From Spirogloea muscicola (lineage: Eukaryota): a stretch of 36,548 nt of DNA. Below the pieces are notes generated by a model. The model was not told the DNA's origin. It searched no databases and saw only the letters and a program-made list of their open reading frames with translations. Shown piece after piece: positions 1 through 10,371 of the stretch (position 1 is the first letter of the stretch; the number at the start of each line of letters is the position of its first letter). The position numbers and the translations under genes were made by a program. The DNA is taken from contig WELB01000012.1 of assembly GCA_009602725.1 (NCBI GenBank), forward strand, positions 1,304,621-1,341,168. The letters are read 5' to 3'.

Positions 1-747
1 TTTTGGTTCGGTCGCTGGGGTTTAGAGACAAACCCCCAGCACAGTGAAGCACCACGTGTGATACGCAGCGGAAGTCTCGCCCTGAGGCGCTGCCGACAGG
101 CAGCGACTCACCTCGCAGGTACGGGGGCCAGCGACTGTCCCCAAAGGAGCAGTCACAGTCTTACTCACATAGAGCCGTCGAAAGTCCGCGACGACGGGAT
201 GCGGCGACGGGCTGCAGCAGCAGGCGGCAGCGGGGCTGCGCCTCTCTCTCGCGGGCTTCACTGAGTTCGACCGAGTTCCCTCTGAGCCCGCTCTCAGGCC
301 TACTTATAGTGCTTCACGTGCCACCCTCCCCAGGGGTCTCTGGGAGGTTCGTTTCAGGGCCCACCTACGAAAGGCGGGCCCGATACGGGGGGTCTAGTGC
401 GAGGGCAGACCACGCGGCGGCGGCCGCCCTGCGGCGCCGCCGAGCGGCACCCTGCCGCGCTGCCGAGCGGCGGCGCCTCGTGGCGCCGGCTTGCGGCGCC
501 GCCAGTGAGTCAGCGGTGTCGCGCGGCGTCACAGGCGCGCGACACGTGTCTCATACACGTCGCTGCGGGCACGACGGCAGAATCAGGAATATGTCGAGAA
601 GCTCCGCTCTGGGATGACCGGGTTCGCTGCCTCGGCTGGAGGCGGCGCGCCCGCACGTCACATCGTCAGCAGGCGCGTCACACCGCGCGACACCTCGCGC
701 GGCGCTTAACTCGGAGTTAAGCGTCCCGTAACGGCGGGGACATTACA
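1..747 (-). mobile_element. LTR family A copy, running off the window start, abutting a family-C integrase
   Basis: Colinear with the LTRs at 8600-9462 and 24944-25822. Ends ...gcgtcccgtaacggcggggacattaca at 747, after which integrase codons (VAFTGTILEAQRRAR) begin. Confidence 0.9.
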
Positions 748-1324
748 GTAGCCTTCACTGGGACCATTTTGGAGGCTCAGAGACGAGCTCGGCATTTGTG
801 GAAATTGCCCAAAGACGCCAGAAGGCTTATGCTGACAAACATCGGAAGGACGTGTGCTTCCATGTTGGTGCGCCCGTGCTGCTGAGCACGAAGCACTTAT
901 CCCTGCGGGCTGTGGGCACGCGCAAGTTGCTGCCCAAGTGGGTTGGACCATTTGCAGTAGTACGCCTTGTGGGCAAGGTGTCCTACGAGTCGAAGACACC
1001 GGTGCATTGGAAGGTCCACAACGTCTTCCATGTGTCTCAGCTGAGGGCCTTCCTCTCGAATGGTCGTGTCCAATCGGCCCCACCACACTAGTGATCGAGG
1101 ATGATCTTGAGTTTGAGGTGTAAGAGATCTTGTGTCACAGGGACAAGCTCCGAAGGCGTAAGACCCGTCAGTATCTGGTGAAGTGGCTCGGGTATGGGCG
1201 TGAGCACAACACGTGGGACCCTGCGGCCAATTTGGCAGAGTGTCCAGATGCTCTCAGGGAATACCAGGCCAAGGGTGGTTATTCTCCTAGGCTTGGTAGA
1301 GGCAGCAGCCGTCGGGCATCTTGA
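748..1324 (+). pseudogene. Chromovirus (family C) integrase C-terminus and chromodomain relic
   Basis: KLLPKWVGPF (GPY/F motif), HNVFHVSQL and chromodomain QYLVKWLGYGREHNTWDPAANL, with a frameshift and a stop. Near-identical to 22697-23280. PPT gagtggggagg at ~1370-1380. Confidence 0.9.
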
Positions 1325-1382
1325 TTCCTGTCGGATGTTCTCTCGTTGTTCCCGAGGACGTGAACATCAGAGTGGGGAGGTA

Positions 1383-1618
1383 TCTTATGATCCGGTCGTT
1401 TCGTTAAGCCACACGGCTCTGTTGGCCTTACATGACCGGCTACTTGAGACAAGTGGCCCGACAGAAAATCGAAACAGGGAAGCCCAGGAGCAGCCTTGCC
1501 GCTCCTCGCCGCCGCAGTCGCCGCCGCACTCCGCTGCGCGGCCTGCTGCGCCGGCCTGCGCCCAGGAGGTGGAGTCGCCGCCGGACGGCGGCGCCACAGG
1601 GCCTGTCTTCCGCTGCGC
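1383..1618 (+). mobile_element. 5' portion of a family-C 3' LTR, internally deleted and cut at the inversion breakpoint
   Basis: Follows the PPT and matches LTR C copies at 14983, 19981, 22094 and 28424 up to ...gcctgtcttccgctgcgc. Confidence 0.85.
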
Positions 1619-1845
1619 GAAAAGTGGCCATCACGATATTCGTATGACTCCTGAGGACGTTCCGAAATCAGCATTTCGTACGCCGGTCGGACAGTTCCAG
1701 TGCAAGGTGCTGAGCTTTGCTTTGACCAACGCACTTGCCACGTCTCAGGCTGTGATGACGAAGGTCCTTTGGCCCCCTCTTGTATGACTTTGTGCTGGTC
1801 TACTTGGATGACATACCGGTGTTCAGTAAAACGCCCAAGGATCAT
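1619..1845 (+). pseudogene. Reverse transcriptase fragment (resumes at 9604-9650)
   Basis: KSGHHDIRMTPEDVPKSAFRTPVGQFQCKVLSF...VYLDDI...FSKTPKDH. After the inserts it resumes as HVRHTRRTLQLLREN at 9604. Confidence 0.85.
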
Positions 1846-2574
1846 CGTACATCGTAACGTCCCCTCCCGTTTGGGAGTGCCAAACGGTATCAATAATTCT
1901 AAGAGGCCACTGGCATAATACGGCGCGTGCACTTGGCATCGACTAGCGCGGTGCACGCGGCACCGACAGAGAGTCGGCGCGGTACGCATGGCATCGTCCA
2001 GTAATTGTACTGCCCGGGAAGCGCTGCTACACTGCACGCAGGGATTGTACTCCTGTCGGTGGGCGCTGCCTCACTGGCGGCGACGCCGCGCTGGAGCCGT
2101 ACCCGTGTCGGCGTGCGCTGCTTCGCTGCAAGCAGTATCGCCCTGGAGTTGTACTCCATCCGCCCAACGCTGCTTCGCTGCAAGCGGCAGCGTCCGGCAG
2201 TTGACGGGGCCAGCCCCCTGGATCCCGTATCCCCATTGTCGGGTCCGCCCCTGTGGGAAGGTCCTGGGTGCTACTATCATCACATCCTCTGGAGAGGAGT
2301 GGCAAGTGGGATAGTATAAGTAGTAAACCGAGGCCAGGCTTCATCAGGCGGACCAGAGACGCCGAGAGAGGCACAGCCCTGCTTGCCTCTTGCCGCAGCC
2401 GCTGCCACAGCTCTGCTGCCGTCGTCTGCTGCTCAGCCCGTCGCCACAGCTCGTCGCTGCACATCGCCGGCTCTCCGTAAGTGCCATGGCTGCGCCTCAA
2501 CTGGGGACAGCACTGAGCCAGACCTTCAGTAGAACAGCCGCCTTCTGGCGGCGCCTCAGGGGTAAGACTTCCGC

Positions 2575-3220
2575 TGTGACGGCCCTGACCCTAAACAGCA
2601 CAGTCGGTGGTCAGTACGTCCTTTTTGGTTTCGGTCGCTGGGATTTAGATACAAACAGCACAATGAAAGCACCACGTGTGATACGCAGCGGAAGTCTCGC
2701 CCTGAGGCGCTGCCGACAGGCAGCGACTCACCTCTCAGGTACGGGCCAGCGACTGTCCCCAAAGGAGCAGCCACAGTCTTACTCACAGAGAGCCGACGAA
2801 GATCCGCGACAACGGAATGCGGTGACGGGCTTGCAGCAGCGGGCAGCAGCAGGGCTGCGTCGGCGGGCTGCGGCAGCAGGCGGCAGCAGGGCTGCGTCGC
2901 CGGCTTGCGGCGCCGCCAGTGAGTCACGGGTGTGGCGCGGCGTCACAGGCGCGCCACACGTGTCCCATACACGTCATTGCGGGCACGACGGCAGAATCAG
3001 GAATATGCCGAGAACCTCCGCTCTGGAAGACCAGGATTCGCCACCTCGGCTGGAGGCGGCGCGCCTGCACGTCGCATCGTCAGCAGGCGCGTCACACCGT
3101 GCGACACCTCGTGCGGCACTCTCGCACTGTCGCACGCGCGTCGCACGCGTCAGTCGCGAGCGCGTCAGTCGTTAGCGCTTAACTCGAAGGTCAGCGTCCC
3201 GTAACGGCGGGGACGTTACA
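2575..3220 (-). repeat. 3' LTR of the element at 2575-9462
   Basis: tgtgacggccc...ggacgttaca, 646 bp. Lacks ~210 bp near 2895 relative to the 5' LTR. Confidence 0.95.
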
Positions 3221-3236
3221 TTCTTCCCCACTTAAA
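3221..3236 (-). promoter_or_regulatory. Polypurine tract
   Basis: Minus strand tttaagtggggaagaa immediately before the 3' LTR. Confidence 0.85.
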
Positions 3237-3297
3237 TGTTCACGTCCTCGGCAACAAGGAAAGCAACAAGGAAAGGGGCGCCACGAACTCGAAGGGT

Positions 3298-6200
3298 TTA
3301 AGTTCGACGAGGGCGTGTGGTACTACGACGCAAGGGGGAATGCCCTTTTGCAAGATACTTACGGAGAACGGCGCGACAATGGGCAAGATTGGCCGCCGGT
3401 TTCCAGATACTGTGCTCAGGTCCATAACCTAGCCACTTGACAAGGTACTCTCGGGACTTACGTCGCCCACGGAGTTTGTCGCGGTGAGAAAAGATCTCCT
3501 CCACCTGAAATTTTTCCTCGTTCGCAACGACGAGGGGAGGTGGGGGCGGTTGGGCACGACCATCCGAATGGAATGGTTCGAGCTGGGACACGTGGAAGAC
3601 ATTCTGGATTTTCCAGTGTACCGGTGTATCCAGCTCATATGCAAGCGGACCGATACGGCGCACGACACGAAAGGGTCCAACCCATTTTGGCAGCAATTTG
3701 GGCGTACCGACTGCCCCCGCATGGAGAAGTGCTTTGTGCTCAAGAACACTTGAGCACCCACGTCGAAGAATATATCTCGACGATGTCGATCAGCATGCGC
3801 CTTTTGCCGTTGCTGGGCAATCTCCAAGCATTGCCCGGCCCTCCGCTGAGCTTCCAGGAGGTGACCAGTAAAGGTTGCTGCAGCCGGCACGCGTTCCGGC
3901 CTCCCCACCTGTAAAGGTGCCCGGGGATGCTGACCGTAGTCCTGCGCACTTCACGCCAGAAGTAAGCCGTAAAGCGAGGGTCGCGATCATAACGATTCGC
4001 TCGGGCACTCCGTGCAGTTTCCATACACGGTCCACGAAGATACCAGCAGATTCCGAAGCGGACACTGTAGTGGTTCTGAAGCAAAATGCACCATCTTGCT
4101 CAGACGGTCCACAAAGACGACAATGGATCATAGCCGTTTCGCGTCTTTGGGAGTTGGTGATGAAATCCACACTGACGTCAGACCAGTTGCGCGGAGGATT
4201 CTCCGAAGGTTGGAGCAATCCGGCAGGCTTGTGAGAGCGTGCCTTACTACGCCGGCAGGTGGCGCAAGTCTTCACAAAAGACTGTACCTGGGCTGTCAGC
4301 CGGGCCACCAAAAGAGAAGCTGAATAGCTTTCTTTCTCTTCCCCATACCCAAATGACCTCTATAGGGTGGCTCATGAATCTCCTGCATGATAGTACTTCG
4401 TAGGGCATTGCATTCAGGAACTACAATGGCGTCTCCCTTGCCACCAAAAATCTTGGTCAGACACTAGTGTGCGTGTGTTGTTTGCATCTGCAGACCACGG
4501 GTCGGTGCTGTACCCATCACGAATACGCACATATAGCTCAGAGAGGTTGGCGGTGGACTGCCGAGCAGCTCCACGAGTTGGCCGCACGTCTGCGGTCTGA
4601 ACCCCTGATGCGTGCAAGACAGCCGCCACATCAGCCCCTACGATGTTGCGGCTCACCGAGTCCGCAACATTCATTCTTCCAGGGCGGTACACCCACTGGA
4701 AACGGAATATGCCCAACAACTCTGCCCACCTTGTTTGACACCTGCTCAAATGCTGCTGTGTGTGAAAGTAGGTCAACGGGCAGTGGTCCGTTACGACCGT
4801 AAATTCAACACCCTCGAGATAGCATCGCCACACACGGAGGGCGTGCACAACAGCAAGGAGCTCTTGCTCCCCGTAGTGTATTTACGCTCTGCCGGACGAA
4901 GCAGGCGACTCTCAAATGCTACGGGGTGACCCTCCTGCAAGAGAACGGCACCAATACCGATCAATGAGGCGTCACAGACTACTTCAAATGGCACGCCTTC
5001 TCGAGGCAAGGCCAAAACGGGTGGATTAACCAGGACCCGCTTTATATCCTCGAATGCCTTCTGGCACTCGGACGTCCACCCCCAGGACACGTCCTTACGA
5101 GTGAGCTTCGTAAGAGGAGATGCCATACTTCCGTATCCTTGTAGGAACTTACGGAAGTAATTCGCGAATCCCAAGAAGGATCGCAACTGTGGCACATTCC
5201 GTGGCACCGGCCAGTCCGTTACTACTGCAGTCTTTTTGGGGTCGACGCGAACCCTGTCTTTGCCCACCACATGCCCTAAGTATGTCAGCTCGGGCTGGTT
5301 AAAGACACACTTGGATTTCTTGGCATACAACTTATTCTCACGGAGCAACTGCCGCACTTGCCGCAGGTGCCGCACATGATCCTCAGGCGTTTCACTAAAC
5401 ACCAGTATGTCATCCAAGTAAAACAGTACGGAATCGTACAGTAGGGGGCCAGAGACCTTCGTCATTACAGCCTTTAATGTGGCAGGTGCATTGATCAAGC
5501 CAATACTGAGCACTTTGAATTGGAAGTGACCGAGTGGCGTACAGAACGCCGATTTCGGTACATCCTCAAGTGTAATACGAATCTGGTGATAGCCGCTTTG
5601 CAAATCGAGGGAGCTGAACACATTCGCTGCCGCGAGACGATCGAACAGATCAACAATGCGCGGCAACGGGTACCGGTTCTTGACTGTGAGCTTGTTCAGA
5701 GCTCGATAGTCGATGCACATCCGAAGACTACCATCTTTCTTCTTAACGAAGAGGATCGGTGCACCATACGGCGACTGGGAAGGCTCGATATGCCGTATCT
5801 TTGGCAAATCCTCCACTTGGGATTGCATCGCGCGAAATTCGAGAGGACTCAGTCGATAAATAGGACGGTACGGCGGCGCAGCGCCGGGCTTCAGAGGAAT
5901 CGTATCAGCCACGCCTCGGTGAGGAGGCAGACCGTCTGGGAGAACTTCGGGGAACACATCCGAGAATTCTGCCAACAACTTGTCAAGAGCCGACTCATGT
6001 GAGGCCACATCACTCACTGCTTTTTAGTCAGGGGGAGACTCAGCACTCATTACCACCAACAGATACAAGGGCGAAGCCGGTTGTGCGCGAAGGAGCTTCT
6101 TGAACTGCACAGCCGACAGCTGGATAGAGGAAGCATTCACTGATGGTGGTGCGCGGGAAATGTCTTTGTGCAATACAAAACGACGAGCACCGCGTTGACC

Positions 6201-6520
6201 AGAGCAAGTCCGCGCATCGAAGTCAAGCAGGGCCGCAGTGAAACGAAGCCAATCATCGCCCAAAATCACATCAAAGCCCGGTGCCAAATCAATGACAAGG
6301 CAAGACACAACCGTCTTATAAGTTGAATGTGTATGGGGACTCGACAGTAGCCCATGACTTCGGCAGTTTGTCCATTAGCCAATGTAGCTTGAGAGACATC
6401 AATGGGCTTTACAACAAAACCTTGTCGCTCACAACATTCTTACGGATGCAGGAGACCGTATCCCCCGTATCTATGAGGATCTGGGCCGCCTGACCGCCAC
6501 CAGTCCTGAATAGTAGGCGC
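3298..6520 (-). pseudogene. pol: pol: aspartic protease, RT, RNase H, integrase and chromodomain (frameshifted)
   Basis: LIDTG protease motif near 6470 and DVILGDDWL. ORF 4791-6017 has LRMCIDYRALN, DLQSGYHQI, YLDD and CDAS. Also VVTDH, integrase CATC and SVDFIT, GPF and chromodomain EYLVKWLGYG. A ~210-bp deletion near 3935 removes the TERMNRVLEDMLR integrase helix. Confidence 0.95.
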
Positions 6521-6579
6521 TGAGACAGCGACTGCCGAGGCACTTACGGTAGTAAGAATGAATATCCCAGCTACATATA

Positions 6580-6936
6580 CTAACAGTTCCCTTGAGGGGT
6601 GTACAACATTTCAACTTCCGGCTTCACTTGAGGGCGCTTCGCCATGTGGCGACACAACAACACCAGCCCCGACGGAGGTTGAGGGATTACTCCTCGACTG
6701 CATGGCACATTGAAGAACACCGGTTCTTTAGCACCATGGAAACTGATCCAGCTCAAGTACATGCTCGCAGCTTTCTGCAACTGATTGGAAGGAACCCACA
6801 CAACGAGGGGACTTTCGTTCACCAGTGCTTGCTTAAGCCCATACACAGAGCGTACTACTGGCATAACAGACAGCGGACACACTCGTTCTAAGCGTTCAAA
6901 GAGCATTTCCACATCATGCCGATTAAACACCCACAA
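6580..6936 (-). other. Extra ~118-aa open segment between the Gag zinc knuckle and the protease, function unknown
   Basis: Stop-free frame in a region of ordinary GC content. Its C-terminal part (PPSGLVLLCRH) matches PPMGLSLLCRY in the family-B element at ~13110-13170. Confidence 0.55.
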
Positions 6937-8050
6937 CGGTGATAGGGAGGGGACTCACTTTTCCCTTTTCCCTTGTACAAGCCCTTCGGGCGCGTCGAAG
7001 CAGGCTTGGTAGGTTGGGACGTCGACGGTTGCAGGCAATCCCAAATCCGGTGGCCCTTTTGGCCACATCGGTAACAAGCCCTGTCCTCTTCTGGGACGAA
7101 CTTCGCCGCAACCTTGGCTGGCGCCGACCGCGATGGTGGCCCAGACTTACTAGTTGGCTTGAACCCGGACTTGGGCTTGAAGCGCTTTGCGAGCGACAGC
7201 CCCGACTTGTCCCCATCTTCCTCCCGGAGAAATCGCTTGCGCGTCGGGTACGTTGAGTACGACTGACCAGCTTGCTCAATGAGTTTCTCCAAAGTCGTCA
7301 CTGGCTGAAAGGTGGTCTTGTCCACTCGCGACATCACCGCTATGTGCTGTGGCAGACCAGCTTTGAAGCGCTGAACTTGGTCCTTGGCGTCCATGGACCC
7401 ACACTTCATCAGCAGCAAATGAAACCGCCAGACATAGTCCTCGAAGTCGTCTCCTCGCATGCGAATTGCATCGGGTACATCGCGGGCCTTCAGCTCCGCG
7501 TGGACTTCGCCGTACATAGAAGTCAACGACCTCGTGAAGAAATCCCACGTATTAAATACACTGGGGGTGGAGGATGACTTCACAGACTCCCACCATGTGG
7601 CAGGATCACCGGTCAAATACGTGGCAGCAATCCCAAGTCGAGACGCCGATGGCGCATCACAGAGGACGAACCATGCCACAATTTCGCGCAACCACGCGGC
7701 AATACTGCCTTGCCCACTGAACTGGGCTGGCTGGCATGGCTACGGCCCAGCCGAGCGCCATGGCTGACTTCGCCTTCAGGCATTGGATGCGTTCCTCGCC
7801 CGCACACACCCGGGCAATGAGGATCCGCACCTCGGTGCACAACATCCCCCACACAGGATTTGCCAGCGATCCCCCACCGGGAACGGCAGTCCCCAACTGA
7901 TCCTTCAGGCGCGCAAGGCTCTTCAGAAGTCAGCCCATCTTGGCCAGGTGCACGGAGCTGCGCTAGGTCGTTGACGACATCCTCTACTTCAGGAGGAGGT
8001 ACAGCTGGCGGCGGAGGGCTTGGTGGTGCACTTGAACTAGCCGACTCCAT
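6888..8050 (-). pseudogene. gag: gag with CCHC zinc knuckle (N-terminal frameshifts and a stop)
   Basis: ATG at 8050 (MESASSS), homologous to the B-element start at 14330. Retrotransposon Gag core YLTGDPATWW...FKAGL and knuckle CYRCGQKGHRIWDC. Confidence 0.9.
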
Positions 8051-8587
8051 GCCTTTACACCACACACATTGAGGGATCAAGTCAGCGGTTGGCGTAAAAC
8101 ACAACGGCCAGGTCAATACTACCACAATGGTACTGAGCTATGCCGGGGCCCTGGAAAAGCAAAGCAATCATGGCAGCGCACCAGCCATTCCCCCAACTCG
8201 CAAGCTGTACGAGCAACTGAGGGAGGGACCAGGACTGGAGTACGGACCAGCCTCTGGCAGATAGTCAGACTTCGCCGCCCAGCGGCGGTCGAATTCAACT
8301 CCTTGCCATACGGCAGGCAATCCGCCGACCGCAGAAGGTTACGCAGGCAAAGTACTGACCTGGCAATACGGCTTGCCGCCGGGGTGGTGGAGGATCTGCC
8401 GCGATAGCCGACCCCGGACACGTGGATGCAGCGGGCGATAGGCTGGACAGCACCAGTCGACCCGGCGATGCAGATCCACGGATACACTCTGGCACGAAGA
8501 CGTCTCAAAGGACAAATCAGTGGCAGCACATCGAAGGGACCTTGCACTGTCAACCGTAAAAGATAACAAGGCCAATCAGATGAACTC

Positions 8588-8598
8588 CTCTGATACCA
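8588..8598 (-). promoter_or_regulatory. Primer-binding site, initiator tRNA-Met
   Basis: Minus strand TGGTATCAGAG, 1 nt from the 5' LTR end. This is the canonical plant iMet PBS. Confidence 0.95.
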
Positions 8599-8599
8599 A

Positions 8600-9462
8600 T
8601 GTGACGGCCCTGACCCTTAACAGCACAGTCGGGGGTCAGTACGTCCTTTTTGGTTTCGGTCGCTGGAGTTTAGCGACAAACCCCCCAGCACAGTGAAAGC
8701 ACCACGTGTGATACGTAGCGGAAGTCTCGCCCTGAGGCGCTGCCGACGGGCAGCGACTCACCTCTCGGGTACGGGCCAGCGACTGTCCCCAAAGGAGCAG
8801 CCACAGTCTTACTCACAGAGAGGCGACGAAGGTCCGCAACGACGGGATGCGGCGACGGGCTGCAGCAGCGGGCAGCAGCAGGGCTGCGTCTGCGGGCTGC
8901 GGCAGCAGGCGGCAGCAGGGCTGCGCCTCTCTCTGGCGGGCTTCACTGAGGTTGACCGGGTTGTCCCCGAGTCGGCTCTCAGCCTTACTCGTAGTGCTTC
9001 ATGTGCCACCCTCCCCAGGGGTCTCTGGGAGATTCGTCTCAGGGCCCACCTTCGGGAAGGCGGGCCCGACAAGGGGAATCTAGTGCGAGGGCAGGCCACG
9101 CGGCTCCCTTCTGGAGGCGGCGGCCGTCCTGTGGCGCCGCCGAGCGGCGCCCTGGGGCGCCGGCTTGCAGCGCCGCCAGTGAGTTACGGGTGTGGCGCGG
9201 CGTCACAGGCGCGCGACACGAGTCCCATACACGTCATTGCGAGCACGACGGCAGAATAGGGAATATGCCGAGAAGCTCCGCTCTTGAAGACCAGGATTCG
9301 CCGCCTCGGCTGGAGGCGGCGCGCCTGCACGTCACATCGTCAGCAGGCGCGTCACACCGTGCCACACCTCTCACGGCACTCTCGCACTGTCGCACGCGCG
9401 TCGCACGCGTCAGTCGCGAGCGCGTCAGTGGTTAAGCGTCCCGTAACGGCGGGGACGTTACA
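8600..9462 (-). repeat. 5' LTR of the element at 2575-9462
   Basis: 863 bp, TG...CA termini, adjacent to the PBS, flanked by the TSD. Confidence 0.95.
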
Positions 9463-9710
9463 TCCGCTGCGCCGTATGCGCGAGTGTGCGCCATGTGCGC
9501 TGGCGTCTCATCTTCAGGGGGTTAGTTCCTGTACCCCCGAAGTCCGATCTCCAATGAGGACGTACTAACCCCTTAGTGCGTGTATAGGGATCGGGACATC
9601 ACAATCATGTACGACACACGCGAAGAACTTTGCAATTGCTACGTGAAAATCATTTCCCCGCCGTTACGGGACTCATTTCCCGTTACGGGACTCATTTCCC
9701 CGCCGTTTTT

Positions 9711-10027
9711 GGCGCTGTCAGTGGGTCACGGGTGTGGCGTGGCGTCACGGGCGCGCCACACGTGTCACGTACACGTCATTGCGAGCACGACGGCAGAGTC
9801 GAGAATATGCCGAGAAAGCTCCGCTCTGGAATCCAGGTCCAGGATTCGCCGCGTCGGCTGGAGGCGGCGCGCCTACACGTCATATCGACAACAGGCGCGT
9901 CACACCGTGCGACACCTCTCGCGGCGCTCTCGCGCGTCGCACGCGCGTCGCATGCGTCAGTCGCGAGCGCGTTAGTAGTTAGCGCTTAACTCGAAGTTAA
10001 GCGTCCCGTAACGGCGGGGACGTTACA
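9711..10027 (-). mobile_element. Truncated LTR family A (U3-end portion)
   Basis: Matches 9170-9462 and ends ggggacgttaca at 10027. Confidence 0.9.
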
Positions 10028-10371
10028 GGAAGGGTGCCTGGCTGGAACAGCAGGTGGTTACCGCGTACCGTAACACATTTACCATCGACCAGGTGGCCGA
10101 GCTCACGGACGAGGTGGAGCGCAACTTCGCAGGGAAAGCGGTGGAGGTGGCGGTGCCGGCGAAGGGCGAAGCGAGGGCGGCGGCTCAGCCTCGGCAGTGG
10201 GCGGTGTTCCCGCCCAGGCAGTGGCGGGAGCCCACCAAGCCGTTTGCAGCGGCCGCGGCCGCGGTCGTGCCAGCCGGGCCGGCTGGGGCCGTCCGGTGTC
10301 ATACGTGTGATCAGCCGGGGCATGTTCGGCGGGACTGCTCAGGGGGGGCCGGCATGCGGTGCGGCCTGTAA
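10028..10371 (+). pseudogene. C-terminal fragment of an unrelated Gag-like zinc-knuckle protein
   Basis: CHTCDQPGHVRRDC (CX2CX4HX4C). No visible similarity to the A or B gag outside the knuckle. Confidence 0.65.

Larger units (their letters stand above)
2575..9462 (-). mobile_element. Structurally complete but decayed Ty3/Gypsy chromovirus (family A)
   Basis: TG...CA LTRs at 2575-3220 and 8600-9462. Perfect 5-bp TSD TCCGC at 2570-2574 and 9463-9467. PBS and PPT present. Domain order gag-PR-RT-RH-INT-chromodomain. Confidence 0.95.
1853..9603 (+). mobile_element. Solo LTR family B (1853-2574 plus 9468-9603), split by the full-length A element
   Basis: Starts cgtaacgtcccctcccgtttgggagtgcc and ends gggacatcaca. 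ATCAT at 1841-1845 and 9604-9608 is the TSD, with a 7-bp catcgta duplication at the left end. Both halves match the reverse complement of 16885-17700. Confidence 0.8.

Noticed and set aside
2575..9462. Active autonomous retrotransposon
   Set aside because: Frameshifts and stops in gag and pol, a deleted integrase core helix, and diverged LTRs.
9650..9710. Short direct repeats resembling a mini-CRISPR
   Set aside because: No unique spacers, eukaryotic context, and the unit derives from the adjacent LTR end.
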